DNA of 64,000 nt from Lama glama. Taxonomy: Eukaryota. Below, in pieces: positions 1 through 12,469 of this stretch (position 1 is the first letter of the stretch; each line of letters starts with the position of its first letter). A program made the translations under genes and the position numbers. A model generated the notes under the pieces. That model searched no databases. It saw only the letters and a program-made list of their open reading frames with translations, and was not told the origin of the DNA. Where the stretch lies: NCBI GenBank assembly GCA_028534125.1, contig CM052818.1, positions 3,164,001-3,228,000 on the forward strand. The letters run 5' to 3'.

Positions 1-954
1 TCCAGTCGTTATTCGGGCTGCTTCTTGGGTGCAAATTACAGTATGTATCAAAAACTGAAACTTGTTTTTCATGACTCTCAATTTTTGATGAAGGAAGATT
101 TTATTTTTAGAGTGATTCTCAGGCTTGGAACATTTTATAATGACATTATCCTGGTGCTTATTTCTGGATTTTATATAACATCTTTCTACTAGAGATCTCA
201 AGATGCTCATTAGGTAGCATAAAGAGAGAAGGAAGAGAAAAGGAGGAAGAAAAGTTGCTCAGGGGCAAATAGCCCAAGAGGAACCTCAGCTAGAAATCAA
301 GGCTATTTCTTCAGTAAATTGTTATTTGATGACATAATACAACCTGTTTGAGGTTTAATTCTATCTTTGGATAGTGCAAACTGTCAGTCACTCTGTTTAG
401 TTCCTCAAAAGGCAGAGGGATAAGCTGTAAAAAGAGACTTTTGAGGTGGTACTGATTCTTCCATTTTAAACTTCAGGCCTAATACATAAATTTTAACCCA
501 TTCCTTATATATTTTTAGGCCCTTCAGTGGAACCCCTTTATAATCCAGAGGCAGGGCCATAGACTGACAACCACGTTAGCAGGCTTAAACTTCATGTAAT
601 TTTTTTAAGGACTATGATTTGATCTCTGACATAGCTCAGGATGTAAGAGGCTGTTTTATAATGGAGTCTTGTGTGTGCAGTCTTTACCAAACAAGCTTCT
701 AAGGTGCCAAAAATGAGTAGTATCTCAAAGAAGCATCAGAGACTTTATATAGCAGAAATCCGTATCGGTTGATTCATCACATTTCTGCCAAAACCCTAGT
801 ATAGATTTACTTCTAGAATTCCTTTTTTAGAGGCCTGGGATTCTCTACAGCAGGAATATCACTGTACTGAACTCTCTAGAAACTAGATAACAAATGTAGT
901 GAAAGAGCATGTTATTTCTTGGTAGTCTAATTTTGTCCCCTTTCCACCTTGAAG

Positions 955-1055
955 CTTTTGTTCGCAAAGATGCCTTGCCCCTGGGAACATTTTCCAAGTA
1001 TACCTGGCACATCACGAATATCCTGCAAGTTAAACAAATCTTAGATACCCCAGAG
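955..1055 (+). CDS. C2orf42: C2orf42 ortholog, internal coding exon (third from last)
   Basis: Pyrimidine tract and AG (953-954); reads (A)[33 protein letters not shown]; donor GAG|GTAAG at 1056. The phase-0 end joins the next exon in frame. Peptide recognised as C2orf42. Confidence 0.85.
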
Positions 1056-2418
1056 GTAAGAGTTCATTTTTGCAACAGTGGGAGGGGAGGGAGGGGAAGA
1101 GAGGGAAGCAAGTGCAAAAAGAATGCTTGCACCAGCTCCTTGAGTTGTGGACACCAAAGACAGTTCCCTTTTTCCATACGAAGAGATTATTCAGAAATGT
1201 TCTGAGTATGGTTCCAACTCTGATTTTAGTAGTTATTCCATAGTAGCTTGAGGAAGTATCTTAAATTGGAGTATCCTTTTTCTTTGCCTTTGGGATCAGA
1301 AAACAGGGGTGCTTTCTCTTGTAAATTAAATAAAGATCCCTTACTAGCTGTGATGAGCCCGAGATTAACTGGCAGGCAGCTAGAAAGTATATCTATAATT
1401 TGAGATGATACACTATTTTGAAGTCAGTGCGTCCAGCACAATTAAATATTCCTCTCCAAACTGCACTTTAGTTCTTATTGGAGAACTGACTCTTAATTAA
1501 TGTTCTTTATCACAAGAGCAATTTCAGACATTCTTAAACATTTCCTTTTGGCAGATCCTGAAAACTTGAGGATTTTCCCTTCCTGCAAGAATAGAATATT
1601 GTGCAAAATTCAGCATAATATGACTTGCTACATTAAGATTAATTTAATTGCAAGGCATTGTTATGTTCAGAAAAAGAATAAATTGATAGCTATGGAACTT
1701 ACACGTGAACCCTAGAAAAGGCCTGTGTTAGCACTAAAGACACTTGAGGGACTTGTTTAAATGCAGGATGTCACAGAAGCATCTTCTAGCCTGAAACAAG
1801 TCGTGTTCAGGGAGGCACCGAAACAACAAAGAGCAAAGGCAAGTGAGGGAAGAGAGCGAATAATCATTGAGCTTCTGTCTGTTGTGTGTTACTTACCTGC
1901 ATCACCCCATTCAATCTCACCACCATGCATTGATATTAACTGTATTTTGCAGATGAGAAACAGGCTACAAGAAGCTCATCCTGCCTTCTAGTGGCAGAGA
2001 CAAAATTCAGTCCACGCTCTGTCTGGTTCAGCCCCAAGGATGTCGTGAAGCACGCAGGGTGTGAGGTCAGCTGTAGGTGCTATTGGTAGAGTTTTCAGGA
2101 GAGGAACGCTGCGAGCAGAGCAGTAGGGAAGGGAATAAAACCGATTTTAGAGCAGGTCTGTGCCAGTAGCAGTCATGTAGCCATGAAGGCACAGGAGTTC
2201 AAATTAAAGTTACAGAGAATAAAAGGAAAGCCATGAACGATGTATAGGAGAAAAGGGAGATTTGCTGACAAAATTTACTTGAAAATACAAAGGGAAGTTT
2301 CAGTTAATTTCAGTGTACTTAACAGGAAAGAATGAATAAAATCAGTCGTCTTCCAAATGTTTGTCTACTTTGAAAGTTTTTTCTTTCTCATCTTTCTCGG
2401 TATTGTCTCCATATCCAG

Positions 2419-2581
2419 ATGCCCTTGGAAATCACCCGGAGTTTTATCCAGAACCGAGATGGGACTTACGAGCTGTTTAAATGCCCTAAAGTAGAAGTAG
2501 AGAGCATAGCAGAAACCTACGGTCGTATAGAAAAGCAACCAGTGCTGCGACCCTTGGAACTAAAAACTTTTCTCAAAGTTG
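2419..2581 (+). CDS. C2orf42: C2orf42 ortholog, penultimate coding exon
   Basis: Acceptor ...atatccAG; reads [54 protein letters not shown](G); donor G|GTGAGT. 163 nt; its phase-1 end matches the last exon. Not present in the ORF track. Confidence 0.9.
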
Positions 2582-2989
2582 GTGAGTGAATTGGTGGTTT
2601 TGATAGCACATCTTCCGCTGAGGGTCAGCTGTGTGCATTACACTATCCGAGACTTAAGCAAGGAAGACACATTCATGCATTTTGGGTAGGCAGTCATGAG
2701 ATAAGGTGTTTTGTTTCATTTGAGCCAGTGCTTTTGAAATAAAATTAGACAAGTAATACTTGTTTATTATACAGAAATTATAGAGTTTAAAGGAGGAAGC
2801 TAAAAACTACCTGTAACCCCACCCACCAAAGAGGACATCACCATTAAGATTTTGGTGTGTGCTCTTTCAGACCTTTCCCTGTGCAAAAAAAGAGTTTCCA
2901 AAACGTGAGATCATATGTCAGCTGCTTTTTTTTCACTTGAAAATATATCATGATTATCTTCCCATATCTATCTTCAGCATTATTTTTTA

Positions 2990-3450
2990 AACTTTTAAAA
3001 ACTATTATAAAACATACATAATATAAAATTTACCATCCTATTTTTAAACATAAGGTTTTTTGCCATTAAGTAATTTCACATTGTTGTGCAACCATCACCA
3101 CTGTCCGTCTCCAGAACTTTTTCATCTTCCTCAACTGAAACTGTACCCATTAAATACTAACTCCCCACTCCTGCCTTCCCCCAGCCCTGGTGACCATTCC
3201 GCCTTGTCTGTATGAATCTGACACTCTGGGTACCTCATGTAAGTCGAATCATACAGTCTTTGTCCTTTTGTGACTGGCTTATTTCACTTGGCATGATGTC
3301 TTCATCCACATTGTAGCATATGTCAAATTTTCCTTCCTTTCTAAGGCTGAAAAATATTTCATTATATGTATATACTACATTTTGTTTATCCATTCATCTA
3401 TTGATGGATACTTGGATTACTTCTACTTTTTGGCTATTGTGAATACAACA
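2990..3450 (-). mobile_element. Old L1 (L1M-type) 3' UTR fragment
   Basis: Typical antisense L1 3' sequence (cattgttgtgcaaccatcacc; gactggcttatttcactt; ccattcatctattgatggata). Confidence 0.75.
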
Positions 3451-3451
3451 C

Positions 3452-3520
3452 TTTTCCTCTCCACTGAAATCTTTAGTAAACGGCGAAAGATTTGTATGAT
3501 CTGAAGAGAAACCAGAGTAT
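3452..3520 (-). pseudogene. U5 snRNA retropseudogene, 5' ~67 nt only
   Basis: Reverse complement reads ATACTCTGGTTTCTCTTCAGATCATACAAATCTTTCGCCGTTTACTAAAGATTTCAGTGGAGAGGAA, matching the U5 5' half with a few substitutions. Flanked by a 13-bp direct repeat TGTGAATACAACA (3438-3450, 3522-3534). No Sm site. Confidence 0.92.
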
Positions 3521-3641
3521 ATGTGAATACAACATTTTTAATAGCTGTATAACATTGAATTCATTAAGGTACCTCACTCTAATCAATCCTGAATTTAAGT
3601 TGTTTCAAATTTTTTGGTAATATAAACAATGCTTCCTTTTA

Positions 3642-3765
3642 TTTTATTTGTTTATTTTTTGTGGGTTTTTTCGCAGGGGAGGTAATTAGGTTATTTATTT
3701 TAATAGAGGTACCAGGACCTCATGCATGCTGAGCATGTGCTCCACCACTGAGCTATACCCTCCCT
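3642..3765 (-). mobile_element. tRNA-Ala-derived SINE (vic-1-like), B box deleted
   Basis: Head GGGAGGGTATAGCTCAGTGG on - strand; 15-bp TSD CAATGCTTCCTTTTA (3627-3641, 3766-3780). Confidence 0.85.
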
Positions 3766-4189
3766 CAATGCTTCCTTTTAGAATTAACTTCCTTTTAGAT
3801 AGACCTTTTATATTCTTAATTATTCCCTGACTTATTTAGGATATTCTTTAGGATAAATTCTTAAAAGTGAAATTGGAGGGTCAAAGTTTATGTACATTTT
3901 TAGGGCTTTTGATTGTTTTCATCACACTGCTCTCCAGGAAGATTGTAATATTTCTACAGTTTTACTCCTGTTAGCTATGTATGAAAGAGTTTCTCCTTTT
4001 TAAATCTTTGTTGATTTGATGGGCAAAAAATGTTCTATCATTCTGTTAATTTGCATTACCCTCAAATATTGATGAGAGTAAACTTTTCATATTAGTCATT
4101 TGTATTTGATGAATTGCTATTTCTTTGTCTAATTTTAATTGGGGTATTTGTACAATAATGTAACAATAATAATGTCAACTATAAAAAGT

Positions 4190-4440
4190 AGCACTTGATG
4201 AGCACCTACTCTGTGCTAGCTGTTATTTTAAGTGCTTTACATACATTAATTAATTTAATTTAGTTTAACTTACCAACCCACTGAGAGGTAGACGCTGTGA
4301 TCCCCATTTACAGATGAATAAACTGAGGCGAAGACAGGTGCAGTATCCTGCCCAGAGTTACACAGCTAGTGAAGTGGTGGAGGTGGTCTTCAACCCCAGG
4401 CAGTTTTGGACTCCAGAGCCTTCACTGCTAGCCATCACCA
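4190..4440 (-). mobile_element. MIR SINE
   Basis: MIR core ccccatttacagatgaataaactgaggc and cccagagttacacagctagt. Confidence 0.7.
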
Positions 4441-5344
4441 TTCACCTGTCTTTCCACTGACTAGACTATAAGCACATTCAGGGCAGTGAACTATGTCACT
4501 GTCATTCTGCCCATAAGATAGTACAGTGCCCAGTCCATAACAGGTACTTACTGACTAAAGAATGAATGAATGCCAGCCATAATTTTAATTATCATAGCTT
4601 TGTGCTCCATCTAGTGGGCCCCCTTCATTTCTCTCTTTGTGCACTGATGCTTCTAGGAGAAATTTAGAATTGAGAATTATTTTATCAAATTCTTGTGAAG
4701 TATATTTTTGGCTGTACTTGTGAATAAGATGTTTATCATGTTTCTGCCAATGTGTGGAAAGCTCTTGATTTGGGTTTACTTATTATCAAATTGCCCTCCT
4801 TGAGTTCCTAGTAGTGATGATGGTGGTTTACTTGTTGGTTTCTGGGAAATCAATTACATCACCTGAAAAAAAAAATTTTGTTTCCTCCCAGTATTTGTAT
4901 TTCATTGTTTTCTCTTGTTAAATTAACTGACTTCAAGAGCAAACAATGAACAGTAAAGCTAGCAGCCATGATTATCATTTTAGACTGAAAACTCCTCCAG
5001 CTTCTCCAACTCTGTCCTGAAGAAGAGACAGTGAGAAGTATTCTGTAAGAAAAGCACGCCATGGTCTGATAAGTGAGAAGTGCTACCTATTGTATTCCTT
5101 GGATTCTAAGACCCTTGACTTTCAGATGCTCAGTCAGTTTAGTAATAATATCTTTGGTGGGAAAAGAAACTTTGCCATATAAAAATTCCCCTGGTTGTTA
5201 AGATTCACTCAGATCTCAGAAAATGTTACAGTTGAAGGAGGGAGGCAGTAGGAGTAGAGTCTTAGAGTATAATTTATCTCTCTTAGAAATTCATCCTATA
5301 AATTTGCATATTAAAAAGATCCTGAAATAAAAACACCTGTTGAC

Positions 5345-5483
5345 TTTTTTTTAACATTTTTTATTGAGGTATAGTCATTTTACAATGTTGTGTCAAATTC
5401 TGGTGTACAGCACAATTTTTCAGTTATACATGAACATACATATATTCATTGTCACATTTTTTTTGCTGTGAGCTACCACAAGA
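5345..5483 (-). mobile_element. Short lineage-specific L1 3' end
   Basis: Poly-T then tttattgaggtatagtc...ggtgtacagcac; same family as the copies at 6310, 23155 and 38800. Confidence 0.65.
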
Positions 5484-6309
5484 CAATATGAATTTTATGA
5501 ATAATTTTCTAATATTGATAAAATCTTGCATTTCTGGAATAAATCCTTTGTGGTGTTTTTTCTTTTAATATATATATATAGGTTCTATTTGCTAACATTT
5601 TATTTAGGATTTTTTTATTATCCCTAAGTGATAAGTGTCCACAGTTTCCTATCTGGAGGCTTTTTTGGGTTTTGGTAATAGCTATATAGAAAATGATTTT
5701 AGAAAGTCTTGGATCAAATTAAATAGCTTAGGAAATATCTGTTCCTTGAATATTTGGAAGAATTTATTATCTGGACCTAGCCCTGACTTGCAAGAGTTCT
5801 CTAAAAACTTGTTTAGTTTCTTCTGATTTACATTTGTATTCATGGTCTCTGTCTCTTCTTGAGTCAATTTTAATCATTTATATTTTTTCCAAAATTCTTC
5901 TGTTTTCATCCAGAATTTAACTTGTGTACATTTTGATAGTTTTTGGTATGGAGGATAATCACATAACTTTTAAAATCTAAGTCTATAGTTAGATACTCCA
6001 CCAGAATTTTGTCTTTTTCATAGAACTGGCTCTTGTATTTATCAGTTGTTCTAAATTTCTGTTTTAACCTCTTTTCTGCTTTTGTTTGTAAAAATTTCTT
6101 CTAATGCTTTAAAAAATTTTTGTAACATTTTCATGGTTATTTTATTTTTATGTCTTTTGGAAATATCAGTTAACTTTCTAGTTTCATGTTTGATAATAAG
6201 AACATTTAAGATTCTTCTTATTATTAATATCTAAATAATCTATATTATAGTTTAGTTTCTCTGTGTCCCCAGTACTTTGTATTTAAATTTTTCCAGTTGG
6301 TTGAGATTG

Positions 6310-6557
6310 TTTTGTTTTGTTTTTAATTGAAGTACAGTCAGTTACACTGTGTCAGTCTCTGGTGTGCAGCACAATGTCCCAGTCATGCATATATATGCAT
6401 ATATTCATTTTCATATTTTTTTCCATTAAAGGTGATTACAAGACATTGAACACAGTGCCCTGTGCTATACAAAAGAAACTTTTTTAAAATCTACTTTTAT
6501 ATATAGTGGGTAACATTTGTAAATCTCAAACTCCCAAATTTATCCCCTCCAACCCCT
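6310..6557 (-). mobile_element. Short lineage-specific L1 3' end
   Basis: ttaattgaagtacagtcag...ccctgtgctataca...caaactcccaaatttatccc. Confidence 0.7.
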
Positions 6558-6906
6558 GATTGAGGTTTTTGATTTTTATGTTCTTAGGTATCAATTTCTA
6601 GTTTTATTATTTTGAGGTCAGAAGATGTACCTTTTTAATTTCTATTTTTTTAGGAATTTAGAAATATTTTCCTACTATCCTAATGTATGATAAGAATTTG
6701 TGCTAGCAAAGATGTTATTATTTATCCAATATAAAGTTTTATATCGTTTTAAGACTTAACAAAACTTACATAGCAGAGTCATGATACAACTTCCTACTAC
6801 AATTGTTTCTCTGAATGTCTCTTCATATTGCAAAATGCCTTTTAACTACTGTAATGCAGTGTTTTTTGTACATCAGAGTTACTGACAGATGTCAGTGTAA
6901 ATATAT

Positions 6907-7255
6907 TGTCTTAATCCATTTGGGCTGCTGTAACAGAATACTATAAACTGGATGGCTTATAAACAACAGAAATTTATTTCTCACAGTTCCACAGGCTGGG
7001 AAGTTCAAGATCAAGGCACTGACAAATTCATTGTCTGGTTAGGGCCTATCTCCTGGCTCATAGATAGCCATCGGCAGTCTTCTCTCTGTGTCCCCACATT
7101 ACAGAAAGGGCAAGGATGTCTCTGGGGTCTAAAGGGCACTCATCTCATCCGTCAGGTCTCTGTGCTCATGACCCAAAGGCCCCAATTCCAAGTACAATCA
7201 CATTGGGGATTAGGTTTTCAATTTACAAATTTTAGGAGGATACAAAATTTAGCAC
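6907..7255 (-). mobile_element. MaLR LTR (MLT1-like)
   Basis: tgtcttaatccatttgggctgctgtaacagaatac...aaacaacagaaatttatttctcacagttc...ggctgggaagttcaagatcaagg. Confidence 0.75.
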
Positions 7256-7932
7256 TATTTATCAATGTAAAAATAACATTTGTCCTAAATTCTTCTATGT
7301 TCAATATTACAACAGTGATACCAGCTGTCTTTTCATTTTTGTGATGTTTGCCAGCCTTTTGACTTTTTTGTGACACTTTGTTCTAGTTGAATCTTTTATC
7401 AATATTATATGGTTGGTTTTGACTTTTCTCCAACTTAAATAGTTTGTCCCCTTCATTATAATCGATATATTTGTTCTTCCATCTTGTTTTATTTTTCTGT
7501 TTTTTTGCTAATTGGCTATGTTTTCTATGCTTGTCTCTATAGTTGTGAAGGTGATACCATATGCTTATTTTTAATTCTGCCAGTATTTTGTATTTTTTCA
7601 AAAGCATTCTGTAACATTTTCATGTTTAAATCTTTGATCTTCTGGACTTTATTTTGATGTAAGGTATGAGGTAAGATTCTGCCACCTTTTATTTTTTTCC
7701 AGATAGTTGTGTAGTTGATGTACACCATTTGTTATAAGAAACACTTACTTGTATTTCTTTTACTAATTGAAAACGCTGCCTTTATGCTAAATTCCTGTTC
7801 TATTTGTGTCCATTTTGGATCTTTCTGTTTTGTTCTTTTAATCTGTCTAAACATACAACCAGTACCAAATGCTTTTGCTTATCATAGAATTATAATATTT
7901 TTTAATTGTATTGCTTTATCAGTCTTTTATGG

Positions 7933-8056
7933 TTTTTTTATTTGTTTTTATTTTGGAGGAGGTTTATTTATTTATTTCTAGAGGAGGTATTCAGGATTGA
8001 ACCCAGGACCTCATGCATGCTAAGCCTACACTCTACCACACGAGCTATACCCAACC
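7933..8056 (-). mobile_element. tRNA-Ala-derived SINE
   Basis: ggattgaacccaggacctcatgcatgctaagc...gagctataccc, with T-rich tail on the left. Confidence 0.85.
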
Positions 8057-8494
8057 TGCTGTAATGTTTTAGAACCATGTACATTTTAATTGTTTCTTTC
8101 TGCATTCCTTGAAACTTGACTTTTCTTGCTAGTCTCCCTTTTAATCTCATCCGGCTTTCTTTTCCTCTCAGTCTGGGCTCTCCTTATGATTCTTTTGGCC
8201 CTGTTTTCATAAAGGCTGGGTCTTATTTTATTTGAGGATGCCAGACAGTTCCCTGAAACCTTTTGAACAGATACAGCAGTAATCACCTTTCCCTTCCCTC
8301 GATTCTTCTTCTTGTCCCTCTAACTCTTTTTTTCCCCTCATACTTTTTTAAACTTCTCTTTTGTTTCTTTTTAAAATTCCTGAGCAGAGTAATATCTGTC
8401 CAGATTCAAATTTATTTTGGAATTGTACTAATCTTTTTGCTCTTCTTTTCTCTCTTTTCCTTTTTTTTTTTTTTTTTTTCCTCCTTGTCTTCAG

Positions 8495-8703
8495 GCAACA
8501 CTTCCCCAGATCAAAAGGAGCCAACACCTTTCATCATTGAGTGGATCCCGGATATTCTCCCCCAGTCCAAGATTGGCGAGCTGCGAATCAAGTTTGAGTA
8601 CGGCCACCACCGGAATGGGCATGTGGCGGAGTACCAAGACCAGCGGCCCCCGCTGGACCAGCCCTTGGAACTGGCCCCTCTGACCACCATCACTTTCCCT
8701 TGA
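8495..8703 (+). CDS. C2orf42: C2orf42 ortholog, last coding exon
   Basis: Long polypyrimidine tract then tcttcAG|GC; reads [69 protein letters not shown]; stop TGA at 8701-8703. Confidence 0.9.
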
Positions 8704-9180
8704 GGCAAAACAAAAGAGTCTTTTGCTGCTAAATTTGCACATCCCCACCCTTTGACAACTTTAAATACTAGTTAGGCACTTAGATGGCCTTGTTCTTAGT
8801 GAACCACTCTTAGCTAAGATGCAGTTTCTCGGTGCATTCAAGTGGATTCTGTTGGGAAAAAACTCTTCTTGTAAATAGCCCTTTTGGTGCTGCTGTGTAG
8901 AATCTTCATTATAAATTGGGTGGTATTTCTGGCTAGAGTTTTTAAAGGAGCAAAAAGAAAACCAGCCCACTTTCCTTCTTAAAGAACGCACCTTTAGAGT
9001 TTGTTTCAATCTTTTTCTAATTCTCTAAGAAGTTAGCAGCACTCTGTCTTACATCAACAGTGTTGGAAAGTTAATACTGCCCTGGCTAGGGTATGCAGAA
9101 TGTTAAGGACCATTCTGGCAGAGTTCTGGTCATGCCCTTTTTTTGTGTTCTCAAATAAAGCACAGTGTCACTAGTTTTTC
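8704..9180 (+). terminator. C2orf42 3' UTR with poly(A) signal AATAAA (9154-9159)
   Basis: First AATAAA I found after the stop codon, with U/GU-rich flanks. Cleavage site is approximate. Confidence 0.6.
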
Positions 9181-10197
9181 CAAATTGTATCTCATGTTGG
9201 CCTAGTCATAAAATTATAAACCTTTTGGGAGATTTAGGTGATAGTGAAATAGGAAAAAAAGGTCCAAGTGTCAAAGGAATATGAACATTTCAAATTAATG
9301 CTTGTAATTGCTTGTTCACTTGATATTTATTTCCTTCTTTATTCTCCAAAAAGTTTAACAACTGGTAAAATTCAATTCCTGTTTTTTAATTCATTGATCA
9401 CAGAATGGAGATATTGAAAGACACAGAATGGAAGCCTGTCTTCCAGGAGAACAGAGGGAAGTGAACATTTCCTATATGCCTACTAGTGCCAGGCATTTTC
9501 ATTTACATTCTCACTTAAGTCATTTTTCTCACTTAGTCCTTATTATTCTTTGAGCTTAGCCATTAAACCTTCTTTTATAAAGTTAAACAGTCTCTCTGAG
9601 GTTAAGTAGCTTGCTGGAAACAGCATTAAAAATCTTTCATTTTACTCCAAAGTATATATTCTTTGCCCTTTAGCATGTTCCTTTAATATAAATTCCTTAT
9701 ACTTCATTATCCTTGGGAAGACAAGAAAAGTCCATATGAGGTAGGTTTTTGTCTTCTTTTGATTGTAGCTAACAAAAACCCAACTCTAACCAGCTCAGGC
9801 AAAAACAGGAATGTGTGACTGGCTCATGGACACTAAAATTGGGCTGGACAGCCATCCTGGGGTAGAGCTGAGGTGTGGCTAGGCCTCAGGACTCCTGGAT
9901 CCAGGGTCCTTCTGACCTATCGCTGTCTCTCCTGGGTCTTCTTCACTCAGTCTCAGCACAGAGCAGCTCCTCTGGTGGGAATTCTGGCTCCTAACGAGCC
10001 TGAAAGTATGACTTCCGCTTCTACGTGGAGCAATACTGATTGTTCTACTCCCCCTGATCCAAAGTCCAAAATCCCCCAAGAAAGGCTCTGATGGGCCTAA
10101 CTGGGGTGGGGGGAATCTGTGAGCACTTCTGGTAAAAGGGGGAGCTGTGCCCCTACCAGGTAGGGATGGGTCAGCACATTAAGTGTTGTCTGTCCTC

Positions 10198-11379
10198 TGT
10201 GATTTAGGGGCTAGCCTGTGTGGAGAGCTCCCGGGTGCTCCAGGCAGTGGGGGAAATCCTTGAGGGAAGAAACCATAGAGGTCGACAGAGAATTAGACCT
10301 TGTGCTGTGTTTTAAGGGCCACAGGGGCCAGAAGAAATCCAGGGGCCATAAAACACATGGCTGGTGCAAATAATTCACCCAGAGAGGCCCCTGCTCAAGT
10401 GCTCAGGTCTTCACTCGCGACTACCCTGGCCCATCACAGCCCATCAAAAACTGGAATGGGTTCAGAGTTACACTGACCTCCTCTAACCTGACACCGTTTC
10501 TACCAGGTCAGGCATGGGCCTAGGAGAACCGGTAGGGTTGCTGCACCCACTCCCAGCATCCAGACACTTGGGACACCGTCAGCACAGACCTCATTTCAGA
10601 CTCGGTCCACACTACCAGAGTGGTCCTAGACACTCCCACCAGGACAGTGCTCTTCAAACCCTGCACCACCACCACCCCAGACATACTCCCATCTGTACCG
10701 TCTGCTGCACACCTCCTCTATTAGTCATTTGGACCTCCCACCTCAGGGCTACCCAGCTGCTGCCTTTCCATGCTGTAGACACCATTTGTATTCAGGAGCA
10801 AGCAGCACACAGCCTGCTGTCTACTGCACAAACTGGCCATCCTCAGACTGAAGGTATTAACCTGTATGAGAGGGATACCATCGTAACTCCTCCAGGCAAC
10901 ATGGCTGGGCCTCTACCACAGTGGGCATCATGAGAACAACTTGCTACTCCTACACCCAGAACACTTGGTTCACACCTGCCTCTACCAGAACTGTTATCAT
11001 CTCAACAGCTTGCTAGTATTTAGAGGAGTGACAGGCTACTCGAACACTTCCAGAAAATCTGACTCCAAGAACCACCTACCTAAGTGAAGGTCTGTAGGCC
11101 TGCCACCTGGCTCTCTCAAGGTCATCAACCCTGTGACCTGGGCCCAGCAATTTCTAGTCACATAAGTCCATCCCATCTTTCACTGATTCCTGGACCCTCT
11201 CAGGCATAAGTCTAGCCCTTGTGTCTATTTCTTTTGTGAACTTCCCCAAGATGGAGCTGCTTACTCTTAACCTATTTCTTTTTTTTAATCTCCCAGATTC
11301 TGAATTCCTAGTTTTCTTCCTCTGCATCTTGTATTTCCTGATACTCTGTATTTGATCCTCTTTTAAAAACCACCTTACA
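10198..11379 (-). mobile_element. Possible ancient ~1.2 kb LTR
   Basis: TGT...ACA candidate termini and LTR-like composition. Family not identified and no TSD confirmed. Confidence 0.3.
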
Positions 11380-12469
11380 GACCTAGCTCCTGTCTCCCTG
11401 CCCTCCCAGTGTCCAGCTCACGAGCTTCCTTCGGATCTTTCTATCATCCCACCTGCCTCACCAAGAGAGCAGTTTACAGCAGTGCTTTAATGTGCATAGG
11501 AATCACCCAGGGATCTAATAAGAACTCAGATTTTGATTCAGAAGTTCCAGGGGTGGGGTCCAAGATTCCGCATGTGTATCATCAAGCCGGATGCAGAAAG
11601 TGCTGGACTGAAGAGATGCTCCTGGGCTGCAGGCTGCACTTGGAGTAGCAAGACAGACCTAACAAACACCTGAGCTGGTGCGGACCCCACCTTCCACTGC
11701 TACTAACAGAGAGAGCAGTGCTAGAAGTCGGTGACACTCAGCAACTAGTGGCCCTTAAGGCAGTGTATTAGTGTGAGCTGCTTTATGGCAAGCTCCCGAG
11801 GGGCTGATCCAACTGATGGACATACTACCCTTGTTCCTGGGAACCAGCTCCAACCTGACTGTTACGTAAGTTCAGAGCAGGTCTGCAACCTGCAACCACA
11901 GGCAATCCCTGCGCCTTTTCTGCCCTTCTCCCTAGCACTTTTTCACTGTCCTCCCCATAGCCATCATCTTAAGGTTCAGATTTTAACCCCTGTCTTCAAC
12001 AACCCCCTCACCTCCACTCTGCTACCTGCTTATTAACGGTGCAACCTTGGGCAAGTTATTTAACCCTCTGAGCCCCAGTTTCCTCATCCGGATGCATAGT
12101 AAATAAGATACCGTGTGTGAAAAGCTCACTAAAGACTACTACTATTACCCTTTCGCCTATTCTCTGCACTTCTCTCCTCCGAAATGTTTTTTCTAACTTA
12201 GTCTTGCTGCTTTTTGTCCCTTTAGAATTTTTGTACTTAAAATCACTGTTACACAGCAAGATCACAATTTTGATTAAAGTGAAAGAAAGGCTGCAAGAAA
12301 ATATAAAGCCGGGGGCTACTGATATTCCTTATCTTTCCCTTTTTTCCCCCAAATTTTCCATAATGAACAAGTAACTTACACTGGTAACTTCGAGCAAAGG
12401 CAAAGTTCTAGCCTTAAAAGAAGGAGCATCAAAATCTACCTTCCACATTCTACCGAAAAAAGAAGAAAG

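Noticed and set aside
4859..5075. Possible cryptic exon or 67-aa ORF in the C2orf42 intron
   Set aside because: Weak splice signals, and the flanking exons already join in frame without it.
8263..8494. N-terminal part of the 146-aa ORF 8263-8703
   Set aside because: Phe/Leu/Ser-rich translation of intronic pyrimidine tract. The real exon starts after the AG at 8493-8494.
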